A stretch of 64,000 nt of DNA from an uncultured Thermoplasmata archaeon (lineage in GTDB: Archaea; Thermoplasmatota; Thermoplasmata; Lutacidiplasmatales; UBA184): positions 768,503 through 832,502 of the forward strand of contig CAVZDD010000005.1 of NCBI GenBank assembly GCA_963773945.1. Direction: 5' to 3'. Made by a program: the position numbers and the translations under genes. Below the pieces are notes generated by a model. It was not told the origin of the DNA, ran no database searches, and was given only the letters and a program-made list of their open reading frames with translations. Below, one piece after another: positions 45,335-54,220 of the stretch; the first letter of the stretch is position 1; every line of letters starts with the position of its first letter.

Positions 45335-46251
45335 ATGGAAGTCCGGGAATTTGCGAGCGGAGACGGACAGCCGGTCCGCCGGCTCTGGGACGATCTCGGG
45401 GGCTGGTATCGGAACACCTCCCCGGCCTCGAACGGAGACGTGGACCGGGCGATCGGACAACTCTTGCGACAGGCGTTGACGGGCCATGGCCCGCGGCGGG
45501 GGAATCCCGCCGAAGGGGGATGGGTCGCTACCTCCCACGGGTCGATCACCGGGTGGCTGTACGCCCGGGCCGACCCCGAGCAGAATTACATCGTACCCTT
45601 GGTCCCCCCGGAGGACACGACGGGCTCATTTGCGGCCCTGCTCGGCACCGCCCGGGAGTGGTTTCGGAACCAGGAGGCTCGGCGGTTCGTGGTCGACATC
45701 CCCGACGGGCGTCCGGACCTGAGGGCCGTCGCCCAACCGGCGGGACGGGTCCTGTGGCATCGGGCGGTCTTCGACCGGGACCTCAATCCCCTCCCGACCG
45801 CCTCGGCGGTTCGTGCGGCGGTGCGCGAATTCAGCCGGGGGACGTCGCACCCGCGCAGTCCCTCTTCGGTCGGAGGCACCCGGAGACCCCGCCGCCTCCG
45901 ATTCCCGTCGCCTTCCTCCAACTGCGCGGGAGCTGGTTCCGGGACCCGGCGTGGGACTTGCAACGAACGATTTGGATTGCCGGGCCGCGCCAGGACCTTC
46001 TCGGAGTAGCCGGCGGCACGCATCGACCCCGGGCCCCGATCGGATTCCTGGGTCCGTGGGTGCTGTCGGAGGCCGCGAGCCCACCCGTCGCGACGGAACT
46101 CTTGAGTGCCGTGCTCAACTGGTTGCGCGGGGTCAACGCGGAGAGAGTACGCACGACGGTCCCGACCCCTCCGGGGGACGATGCGCAGGCGCTGCTTCGG
46201 GCCGGGTTCACCGCGATGGCGGAAAGCGACCTGTTCGAGCTGAAGGTCTGA
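45335..46251 (+). pseudogene. tandem GNAT acetyltransferase with apparent frameshift (frame A 45335..~45840, frame B ~45840..46251)
   Basis: The protein-like N-terminal half in frame of ORF 45335..46009 loses protein-like composition after a GGGGG run at 45837-45841. The overlapping frame (ORF 45325..46251) becomes protein-like from that point, with a GNAT C-terminal motif ...NAERVRTTVPTPPGDDAQALLRAGFTAME. Confidence 0.5.
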
Positions 46252-46282
46252 GCCGGGCGGCGGGCTAGGATACCGGCCGGCC

Positions 46283-47593
46283 GTGCGCCGGACACGGCCG
46301 CTTCAGGCGACAGTAGCGGCAGTGCTCGGGCTTGACCGGTGGGATCGGTTTCTGGAGCCGGCCGTACTTCCGACGTGGCACGGTGATCGTTCGCGGGCAG
46401 ACCGGGGAGTGCTCGAGCGCATCGTCGACCCCCGGGGATCTCGAGTATCGGGGAGAGCTTTTGAGCCGCCACGACTGCAAAGGACCGTGTCCCGGTTATC
46501 GGGGGCGGCGACTCCCGCAGGCACCGGCCGGTTTGTTGAGCGGGCGGTCCAACACCACGAAATTCCGGCGACGCACTTCCGGGCGGCGCCGGGGGGTTTG
46601 CATCTCTCTTCGATGGGGCTGGGGACCTACATCGGCCCGCCGGACCGATTCACCGACGAAGCGGTGGAGCAGGCGACCCAACTCTGCTTGCAGTCCGGCC
46701 GGATCAACGTTCTCGATACGGCGATCAACTACCGGTATCAGCGGGCCGAGCGGTCGGTCGGTCGGGGTCTCGCTTGGGCCATCGATCATGGGCCCGTTCA
46801 ACGGGACGAGGTCTTCGTGGCGACGAAATGTGGGTATCTCGCCCCGGATGGCGAGTCGAAGACGCCTCCGGACCGCTGGGTCGAGACCGAGCTGGTCGCC
46901 AAGGAGGTGCTCGACCCGGCCGACATCGTCGACGACTGTCACGCGATGAGCGTCTCGTATCTCCGGGACCAGTTCGAACGCAGTCGGGTCAATCTGTCCC
47001 TGGAGACCATCGACCTCCTCTACCTGCACAATGCGCCCGACGCCCAGCTCCCCGTGGTGGGCCACGACGAGTTCGCGCGTCGACTGGTCGAAGCGTTCAG
47101 GTTCCTCGAGGAGCTCCGGTCGGCCGGCCGGTTGGGCGCGTACGGGCTGGCGACGTGGGACTGCCTCCGGACTGCCCGGGGAACGGCCGGTTACTTCTCG
47201 GTCGAGGAAGCGGTCACCGTGGCCCGGGGAGTCGGCGGAGAGCACCACGGATTCCGTTTCATCCAGTTCCCGTTCAGCCTCGGCATGCCGGAGGCCGCCG
47301 TCCAGCGGAACCAGACCGTGAGGGGCGAGAAGGTCACGCTGTTCGATGCCGCGCATCGGCTGGGTCTCGGTTGCTTTACGAGCGTGCCCCTCCTGCAGGG
47401 CCAGCTCGCCCGGGTGGGGCCGGTCTCCGATGGCCTGTCCGCGGCTCAGACCGCCATCCAATTCGCCCGGTCCGCACCCGGAACCATCGGACCGCTCGTC
47501 GGACAAAAGGAACCGGTGCATCTCGCGGAGAACCTCAAGCTCGCCGGCCGCGCGCCGTGGGAACCCCACGAATTCCAGAGCTACTTGGCTTGA
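46283..47593 (+). CDS. aldo/keto reductase
   Basis: LSSMGLGTY...LDTAINYR...GL.WDC AKR motifs. The true start is probably near 46520, as the first ~80 codons are R/G-rich. Confidence 0.75.
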   Translation: MRRTRPLQATVAAVLGLDRWDRFLEPAVLPTWHGDRSRADRGVLERIVDPRGSRVSGRAFEPPRLQRTVSRLSGAATPAGTGRFVERAVQHHEIPATHFRAAPGGLHLSSMGLGTYIGPPDRFTDEAVEQATQLCLQSGRINVLDTAINYRYQRAERSVGRGLAWAIDHGPVQRDEVFVATKCGYLAPDGESKTPPDRWVETELVAKEVLDPADIVDDCHAMSVSYLRDQFERSRVNLSLETIDLLYLHNAPDAQLPVVGHDEFARRLVEAFRFLEELRSAGRLGAYGLATWDCLRTARGTAGYFSVEEAVTVARGVGGEHHGFRFIQFPFSLGMPEAAVQRNQTVRGEKVTLFDAAHRLGLGCFTSVPLLQGQLARVGPVSDGLSAAQTAIQFARSAPGTIGPLVGQKEPVHLAENLKLAGRAPWEPHEFQSYLA

Positions 47594-50262
47594 GACGGAG
47601 CCTCCCCCAACGCCACCGCGTCGAGGTCGGACAGTCGCCGGATCCTCCGGCGGCGCGGGGTTGGGGCCTGTGGCCCGGGGGGAGCGTGACTCGTAAGTGT
47701 CGATGGGGGGCCGGTTTCGGGAAGTCGGTCGATTTCCTCGATCAACGACACCCCGTCCTTCTTCCGTACCCGGACCACGCGGTCCGCGATTCCTTCGAGC
47801 TGGCGTTCGTGGGAGACGAGGATCACCTGCGGAAGACCGAGGCTCTCGAGCAGGTCTCCCATGCGGAGCGTCTGTTCCTGGGAGAACCCCTCCGTCGGTT
47901 CGTCCAGTATGAGGGTTTCGAGGGCGAGGCGGCCCGCGTCCCGGACCGTCCGGCCGAGCGCCAACCTGTAGGCGAGCGCGAGGGCGGTCCGTTCGCCGCC
48001 ACTAAGCGCTTCCGCCGGGGTGGGCTGACCCGCAATATCGACCCACGGAGCGAACGTCTCGTCGACCCGGGCGTTCAGGGATGGGTCGTCCACGAGCGCG
48101 GCGAAATACTGGGCGAACCAGCGCTCGAACTGGAGGCGCCCCTGCTGCAACCGTCGGCGCTCGAGCTCGAGCATCGCGTTCCGGAACTGTTTGTCGATCC
48201 AATCGGCCAAGCCGCGGAGTTCCGACGACTGACGGTCTAGCGCCTCCCGCTCGCGTAGACGTCGAGCGAGGTCTTCGAGGCGGGTCGTGGCTTCGACGGC
48301 CCGGCCGCGCGGCTCAACGGCGTCTCGAAGGAGCGACTCGAGGGTTTTCCCGAGCGCGTCCACGCGGGTCCGGCCGTCGCTCCACCTTTCTTCAAGGTCA
48401 TTGGGCGCTGGGAGTCGCGCCCTCGCGACGGCGATCTGGCCGAGGACCTCCGCCCGGGTCGTTTCTCGTTCCGCGGCATTCCGCGCTCGCGTGTCGATCT
48501 CGGCCTGAACCTCGGGAATCTGTCGCAGGAGCGCCGCCAAGCGTTCCTTCCGGGCCGCCAGCAGGCGGGCGTGATCTTCCGCCGCCCGGAGGTCCCGTTC
48601 GATGGTCGCGAGATCCGTCTGCGCGGGCTCGTAGGCGGTGAGCTGCTGCTCCAGCGCCTCGCGACGTGTGTCGAGAGCGGCCTTCTCCCCTTCGAGCTGG
48701 GACTCGAGCCGGTGTTCCGCCTCGCTCCGGAGGCGTACCGCGTCTTCTCGCTGCCGGAGCTCCGTCCGACGAGCGTGCAGCTCCACCCACCGGTCATGCA
48801 ATCGTTCGTGTTCGACCTGGGTCAACATTCGCTGATCCGCGGCGTGGAGACGTTGCGTCGCGGTCTCCACTTCGACCTGGAGGCCGCTGACGAGCGTTTC
48901 CTGTTCGCGCCGGTGCGCCTCGAACTCGGACGGCTCAACGGAACGGTGGCATCGTGGACACACGCCGTCTCGAACGATCTCCCCGAGTTCGCTGAGCTCC
49001 GCGGTGGCTGTCGCCCATCGGCGGTCGAAGTCTTGCCGCTGGTCTTCCAACTGGTTCCGCTCGGCCGCGAGTTGCAACGGGGCGCGGGGGTCGGGCGGCC
49101 GAGGTTCTTCGACGGGGGGGCTCGCATCGGCGCGCGCGCGGTCCGCTTGGACCTTTTCGAGTTCGTGTCGGGTCGCCTGGAGTCGTGCCTTGAGCTCTCG
49201 ATCCCGTTCGGTCCACAGGACGAGCTGCTCGGCCACCATGAAGGTCTGCCCGCGGAGTCCTTCCAGTCCGGAGAGTCGATGGGCGGCTTCGTCCCGACGC
49301 GTTCGAAGTGGTCCCACGGCGAGCGCGTTCTCCTCTTCCGAAGAGTAACCGGTGGATTCCCGGACCCGGTCGGCTTCGAGCCGCCCGAGATGTTCGCGCG
49401 CGGCCCCGACCGCGGCCTGGTCCTGCTGGATACTTCGCTCCAGTTCTCGCGCTAACCGCTCCTGGTGCGCGACCGCTTCCCGAACGGCGGCCGATTCCCG
49501 TCGCAGAACTTCGAGCTCTTCCAGAGAAACCCGGGCCCGGCGGACTTCGTCCCGCAGTTTCTGTTCCCGACCGTCCAGGGCCAGGATCTGCTGTTGCGCG
49601 ACCCCGGCCTGGTCCCTCCATCGGGCGGCCTCGTCCTCCACCCCGCGATGCCGGGCGGCCTGTTCGAGGAGCGTGGCCGCCCGTTCCTGGAGGGCCCGGG
49701 TCATTCCACGGGCGTTCTCCCCGGCGAGGCGGTACTGCTCGACGCCCAGGGCCTTCCGGACCGTCTCCATTCGGGCGTCCACGTCCGGGTCGAGGACATC
49801 CCGCATTCGTTCCTGGGCGAGATACACCGCCCACCGCCACACATCCGAGTGTGCTCGCGGGTTCGGATTATCCGGAAAACCGAGCAGTTCGATCGTGCGT
49901 CGCCGGAGTTCCGTGGCGGAGTACGCGGCGCGTTGTCCATCGACGGCGAGGGAATTCTCCGTGGGCTCGAAGGTATCCCGACCCTTTCGGGCCTTGCGCA
50001 CGAATCGACGGCGGAGTTCCCACCGATGGGTTCCATCGGTCAGCGTAAGGGACACTTCGGCGTCCTTCGCGCCGTGGCGCACCAAATATCCGGGGTCCAC
50101 CTCGGCAAATCCGAAGAGGGCCATTTCCATCGCATAGAGGAGTGAGGTCTTTCCGGAGCCGATGTCTCCCGTGAGCAGGGTGGTCCCCGGGTCGAGATTG
50201 AGGTCGGCCGTCCGGTAGCTTCGGAGGTTCCGGAGCCCGACGTGGGCGATCCGCATCGTCAT
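47581..50262 (-). CDS. rad50: DNA double-strand break repair ATPase Rad50
   Basis: Walker A GDIGSGKTS, long coiled coil with central CPRC zinc hook, signature LSGGERTALALA, D-loop LILDEPTEGF. Confidence 0.9.
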   Translation of the reverse strand: MTMRIAHVGLRNLRSYRTADLNLDPGTTLLTGDIGSGKTSLLYAMEMALFGFAEVDPGYLVRHGAKDAEVSLTLTDGTHRWELRRRFVRKARKGRDTFEPTENSLAVDGQRAAYSATELRRRTIELLGFPDNPNPRAHSDVWRWAVYLAQERMRDVLDPDVDARMETVRKALGVEQYRLAGENARGMTRALQERAATLLEQAARHRGVEDEAARWRDQAGVAQQQILALDGREQKLRDEVRRARVSLEELEVLRRESAAVREAVAHQERLARELERSIQQDQAAVGAAREHLGRLEADRVRESTGYSSEEENALAVGPLRTRRDEAAHRLSGLEGLRGQTFMVAEQLVLWTERDRELKARLQATRHELEKVQADRARADASPPVEEPRPPDPRAPLQLAAERNQLEDQRQDFDRRWATATAELSELGEIVRDGVCPRCHRSVEPSEFEAHRREQETLVSGLQVEVETATQRLHAADQRMLTQVEHERLHDRWVELHARRTELRQREDAVRLRSEAEHRLESQLEGEKAALDTRREALEQQLTAYEPAQTDLATIERDLRAAEDHARLLAARKERLAALLRQIPEVQAEIDTRARNAAERETTRAEVLGQIAVARARLPAPNDLEERWSDGRTRVDALGKTLESLLRDAVEPRGRAVEATTRLEDLARRLREREALDRQSSELRGLADWIDKQFRNAMLELERRRLQQGRLQFERWFAQYFAALVDDPSLNARVDETFAPWVDIAGQPTPAEALSGGERTALALAYRLALGRTVRDAGRLALETLILDEPTEGFSQEQTLRMGDLLESLGLPQVILVSHERQLEGIADRVVRVRKKDGVSLIEEIDRLPETGPPSTLTSHAPPGPQAPTPRRRRIRRLSDLDAVALGEAPSQAK

Positions 50263-51638
50263 GGGGCGTCGGCCTCCGTCGCCGGGCGGCGCACCCCCAG
50301 GACCCGCAGACCCGCGTTCACCCGGGCCGTCCGATAGTCCTCCTTCGCCTCGCCGTCGCCGGGGGGGGTGCCGAGTTCCCGGACGAGCTCACGAATCCGC
50401 CGCGAGGCTTCCTCGGGGGAAAGGCCCGGAAGAGGGAGTGGCGTCAAGCTCCCGAGTGTCTCCAGCACGAGGTCCTCGAGCTGGGTCTCGGTCTCGGGCC
50501 CCGCGACCCGATCGCTCGTGCCGGGGGCGAGGTCCGCCACATCCCAGTGGACGCTCGCAGCGCCCCGAGCGGCGGCATCGGAACTGGAATCTTGGAGGCC
50601 AAGTTCCGCGGCCCGCGTCGCATCGCTCACGCCCGTCAGATGCGGGAAGAGGAGCACCCCGGGAACGGAGTGGGCCCGCACCTCGTCGCGGACCGTCGTA
50701 CGGGCCTCGTCGGCGGACTTTCCGGAAAGGTCGACATCGAACACGTCGACGCTTCCCGGACGGAGCGTCTCCACAAACTCTAGGGACGGAACCCCGGACC
50801 GGACCGTCACGACCACGAGACCACGGTGGCTCCGGCCGGCGGCCCCTTGGACGATGTCGGGAAGGCTAGTCCCGAAGACGGCTCCGGGGTTGACCAGGAG
50901 GCCCCCGGATGGTCCCAGTCCGGTGTAGCTGGCGTGGATATGGCCGCCCGCGTAATAATCCGCGTCGGGCGGCAAGTCGGCCCGGCTGACTCCCCGTACG
51001 TGTGCCTGGAGTCCCGGGGGAAGGTACTCTTGAACCGCGGCGTGGAACATGAAGACGTGGAAGCCAGGGGTTCGGACGTAGTCCGACGGGTCCATCGATC
51101 GATAGTATTCGCGGTCGAGTCCGTGAGACCGACCGGAGATCCCAGCGATGACGGCACCGGTCGGCGCGTCGATCAGGAACGGAAGCTTCCACCGTTCCTC
51201 GCCCGAACGGACCGCTTCCGGCGCGACGCGGACGAATAGTCCGGTTTCCGCAAGGACATCCAGCCAGCTGGTCCGATGGGCCACGTAGTCATGGGACCCA
51301 AAAATCACGTACACCCGGACCCCCCGGTCCGCCAGGTCGCGCAGGGCGGCGGCGATCGGAGCCACCTCGTCGGGGTCCGGCACCGGAGTGTGGAACAAGT
51401 CGCCCGAGATGACAAGGAAATCCGCGGACCGCTCGGTCACCGTTCGGAGCGCCGCGAGGACGCTCTCCCGGAGCGCGGCTCGTACCGCGGGGTCGCGCGG
51501 CCACGCGCCGACGTGCGCATCGGCGAGGTGCGCAAAGACGAAGTCTCGCGGGGCCACGGGACGCCCCCTAGGATCGTCCGCTACCCGGAGCTGTGGTCGA
51601 GGGGCGGGTCGGCGCAGAGGGTGCCGGCGCCTGGGCAC
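50259..51638 (-). CDS. mre11: DNA repair nuclease Mre11
   Basis: Phosphoesterase motifs HLADAHVG, ISGDLFH, IFGSHDY, GGHIH. Overlaps the rad50 start by 4 nt. The true start is likely downstream of 51638 (near VAPRDFVF). Confidence 0.85.
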   Translation of the reverse strand: MPRRRHPLRRPAPRPQLRVADDPRGRPVAPRDFVFAHLADAHVGAWPRDPAVRAALRESVLAALRTVTERSADFLVISGDLFHTPVPDPDEVAPIAAALRDLADRGVRVYVIFGSHDYVAHRTSWLDVLAETGLFVRVAPEAVRSGEERWKLPFLIDAPTGAVIAGISGRSHGLDREYYRSMDPSDYVRTPGFHVFMFHAAVQEYLPPGLQAHVRGVSRADLPPDADYYAGGHIHASYTGLGPSGGLLVNPGAVFGTSLPDIVQGAAGRSHRGLVVVTVRSGVPSLEFVETLRPGSVDVFDVDLSGKSADEARTTVRDEVRAHSVPGVLLFPHLTGVSDATRAAELGLQDSSSDAAARGAASVHWDVADLAPGTSDRVAGPETETQLEDLVLETLGSLTPLPLPGLSPEEASRRIRELVRELGTPPGDGEAKEDYRTARVNAGLRVLGVRRPATEADAP

Positions 51639-52029
51639 GCTTCATCAGGGCGGCGAGGAGGCCGGCTCCGAGGGCCAGGAACAGCAGGCCTTCGCCCCAC
51701 GGGTCGAGATTTTCGACGGCCGCAATGGCGGCCGGGGTGACGGTCGTGGCTCGAGGGGGAGTCCGCGCTGCCATTCGCGACGCGGCGGAGGCGGGGGAGG
51801 CGGCCGCGGCGGCGAGGGCGTTGGAGCGCGCCATGAGGACCTGCACCTGGCGCCGTTGGATCGCAAAAAGCTCGGTCGCCTCCTCCATCGTGATCTGACG
51901 GTTCCGGAGTCGGCTCACGAGGTAGGGGTAGCGGGGGGCACCCACCGGCTCCTCGGCCTCCTCGACCGGGGGCGGGGGAGGAGGGGACGGGGCCGACGGA
52001 GGGTTGCCGCCGTAGGCTGGGTTGTACAC
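51568..52029 (-). CDS. hypothetical Pro-rich protein with C-terminal TM helix
   Basis: 153 aa with a PPPPPP tract, RNRQITMEEATELF, and TM GLLFLALGAGLLAAL. Upstream of mre11. Confidence 0.35.
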   Translation of the reverse strand: MYNPAYGGNPPSAPSPPPPPPVEEAEEPVGAPRYPYLVSRLRNRQITMEEATELFAIQRRQVQVLMARSNALAAAAASPASAASRMAARTPPRATTVTPAAIAAVENLDPWGEGLLFLALGAGLLAALMKRAQAPAPSAPTRPSTTAPGSGRS

Positions 52030-52142
52030 AGACGCCTCGGAGGGTTCGATGCCTCGGTCCTATTCAAGCGTTCTCGGCCGGTCGGGGGTCGGCGTCCAGC
52101 GCGCGGGGAGGAGTTATAGGTGGATGCGGGCGTTTCTCGGCT

Positions 52143-52511
52143 ATGCCCCCTACCTCCGCTCCTTCGCCGCCGGACGATACCCCACGTCGCCACCTCCACG
52201 TTCGGCTCGCGGACGACCACGCCTCAATCTTCGACCACGTCACAGAGTACCTTCAAGAGGCTGGCAAGGCGCCGGATTGGTACTGGCGGACCGCCGGCCG
52301 GCTCGAGGGCGAGGAAGATGCCGAAAACCTGGAGGAGCTATTGTTCAGCGCGTTCGAGGCGGGCGCTTCGCTCGCCCACGACCATCCGGAGGAGCTGCGC
52401 TTTGATTGGGTGACCGACGACGAGTGCGAGCGCCAGCGGCAGGCCGAGGAGAAAGGCAACCAACGCGACGACGCCCGCAAGGAACGCACTTCGCTGAGTC
52501 ATTACGCGTAA
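52143..52511 (+). CDS. hypothetical acidic protein
   Basis: 122 aa, D/E-rich, regular codon usage. Confidence 0.4.
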   Translation: MPPTSAPSPPDDTPRRHLHVRLADDHASIFDHVTEYLQEAGKAPDWYWRTAGRLEGEEDAENLEELLFSAFEAGASLAHDHPEELRFDWVTDDECERQRQAEEKGNQRDDARKERTSLSHYA

Positions 52512-52536
52512 ACCGTGTTCCGCCGGTGAAGGCGGA

Positions 52537-53370
52537 CTATTCGGACGCGGGTTCGTCGACCCGCCAGTGGAGACTCTGCCCCCCGTCGACCACCAGGACT
52601 TGTCCGGTGATAAAGCGCGCCAGGTCGGAGGCGAGAAACAGGATCGCGGATGCGATGTCGTCGGGACGTCCCCAGCGGAGCAGCGGGGTGGTCGCGCGGA
52701 TCCGTTCGAACGATGTTCGGTCGGTCTGCTCCGCCCGGGTCATGTCCGTCTCCACCCAGCCCGGCGCCACGGCGTTGACGCGGACCTCGGGAGCCATCGC
52801 CAGCGCCAGGCAACGCGTCAGCATCGCGAGGCCGGCTTTCGACGCGCTGTAGGGCAGCTCCTGGGTCGACGGGACGAGCCCCGAAATCGACGAGGTCGAG
52901 ATGAAGGTCCCTCGGGCTTCCCGGAGCGCGCTTTCGGCGGCCTGTGCGAGCTCGAACGGCCCGACCAGATTCGTCTCCAAGGTCCGGATCCAGGAGTCGT
53001 GGTCCACCGCTTGCAGCGCGCCTGGTTCCGCGATCCCGGCGTTGGCCACCACGATGTCGAGTCGCCCCTTCCAGCTCCGGCCGAGGGCGACGAGCTCCCG
53101 CAGCGCCCCCGGCGTCCGCACGTCGCTTCGAACCATCTCCGCTTCTCGGCCCATCGATCGAATCGCCTGGGCCACGGTGTTCACTGCCGTCTCGTCGCGG
53201 CGATAATGGAGGACGAGGTCGGCCCCCGCGCCCGCGAACGCTAGAGCGGTGGCGCGTCCGATGCCGCGAGAGCTCCCGGTAACGATCGCGACGCGCCCTC
53301 GGAGCGGGGACTCGACGCTCATTCGAGACCGATGCCCCCATCGACGAGCAGGACGGCTCCAGTGATCCAC
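52537..53370 (-). CDS. SDR-family oxidoreductase (FabG-like)
   Basis: VAIVTGSSRGIG, NAG, Y-x3-K (YSASKAG). Confidence 0.85.
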   Translation of the reverse strand: MDHWSRPARRWGHRSRMSVESPLRGRVAIVTGSSRGIGRATALAFAGAGADLVLHYRRDETAVNTVAQAIRSMGREAEMVRSDVRTPGALRELVALGRSWKGRLDIVVANAGIAEPGALQAVDHDSWIRTLETNLVGPFELAQAAESALREARGTFISTSSISGLVPSTQELPYSASKAGLAMLTRCLALAMAPEVRVNAVAPGWVETDMTRAEQTDRTSFERIRATTPLLRWGRPDDIASAILFLASDLARFITGQVLVVDGGQSLHWRVDEPASE

Positions 53371-54071
53371 GAAGCTTCGTCACTGAGCAGAAACCGTACT
53401 GCCGGGGCGATATCCGCCGGTTCCCCCCAGCGGCCCAGAGCGGTGACCCGCTCGACATGGTGCCGGAACGACGGGTCCTCGTGCCCGCCGCGATTCATAT
53501 CGGTCCGAATGAAACCGGGGGCGACAGTGTTCACCCGCACCTTGGGCGCCAGCTCGAGCGCGAGGGCTCGCCCCATTTGTTCGATCGCCGCTTTGGAAGC
53601 TTGGTAGGGAACGGCGCCGGGAGAGGCCCGGGTAGCCAGAATCGAGGAAACCAGCACGACCGCCGCGTGGGAGGACCGCTCGAGCAGCGGGAGCGCGCGC
53701 TGCACGGTACGGAAGGCACCTCGCAGGTTCGTCCCGAGCATGGCATCCCAGTCGACCTCCGTCACCTGGGAGGTGGCGGGTCCGGCGTACACCCCCGCGT
53801 TCGCCACCACGAAATCGAGCTGGGGAGACCACCGCCGGACATCCTGGAGCAGCTTCACCACCGCCTGGGGGTCGGAGACGTCAGCCGCGAACGTTCCGAA
53901 GGCCCCGGGAGCCGACCCCAAGGAGCGAGCAAACTCGCGAAACTCGGGAGAAATGGTCCGGGCCTGCAAAGCGAGACGCGCCCCCGCTCCCGCCAGGTCC
54001 CTCGCAATCGCCTGGCCGATTCCCCGCGAGGCGCCCGTAACGAGGCCGACCCGGCCCTCGAGCGAGAACAC
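53319..54071 (-). CDS. SDR-family oxidoreductase (FabG-like), tandem paralogue
   Basis: VGLVTGASRGIG, NAG, YQASKAA. Confidence 0.85.
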   Translation of the reverse strand: MFSLEGRVGLVTGASRGIGQAIARDLAGAGARLALQARTISPEFREFARSLGSAPGAFGTFAADVSDPQAVVKLLQDVRRWSPQLDFVVANAGVYAGPATSQVTEVDWDAMLGTNLRGAFRTVQRALPLLERSSHAAVVLVSSILATRASPGAVPYQASKAAIEQMGRALALELAPKVRVNTVAPGFIRTDMNRGGHEDPSFRHHVERVTALGRWGEPADIAPAVRFLLSDEASWITGAVLLVDGGIGLE

Positions 54072-54220
54072 GGTCTCCGCACGACCGACCCGCTACATCC
54101 GTTCTAGGGAAGGTTGAGCAGGCCCACGGGCTCCTCAATACTAATATCACGTCGAATGCCTAACAGGGGTAGATTCTCAGGCTGCGGGGGACGCGGCGTC
54201 CCTGAGGATTCCGAGTATCG

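Noticed and set aside
43520-45538. 672-aa reverse-strand ORF antisense to the radical SAM gene
   Set aside because: Antisense artefact. The + strand carries the CxxxCxxC radical SAM motif.
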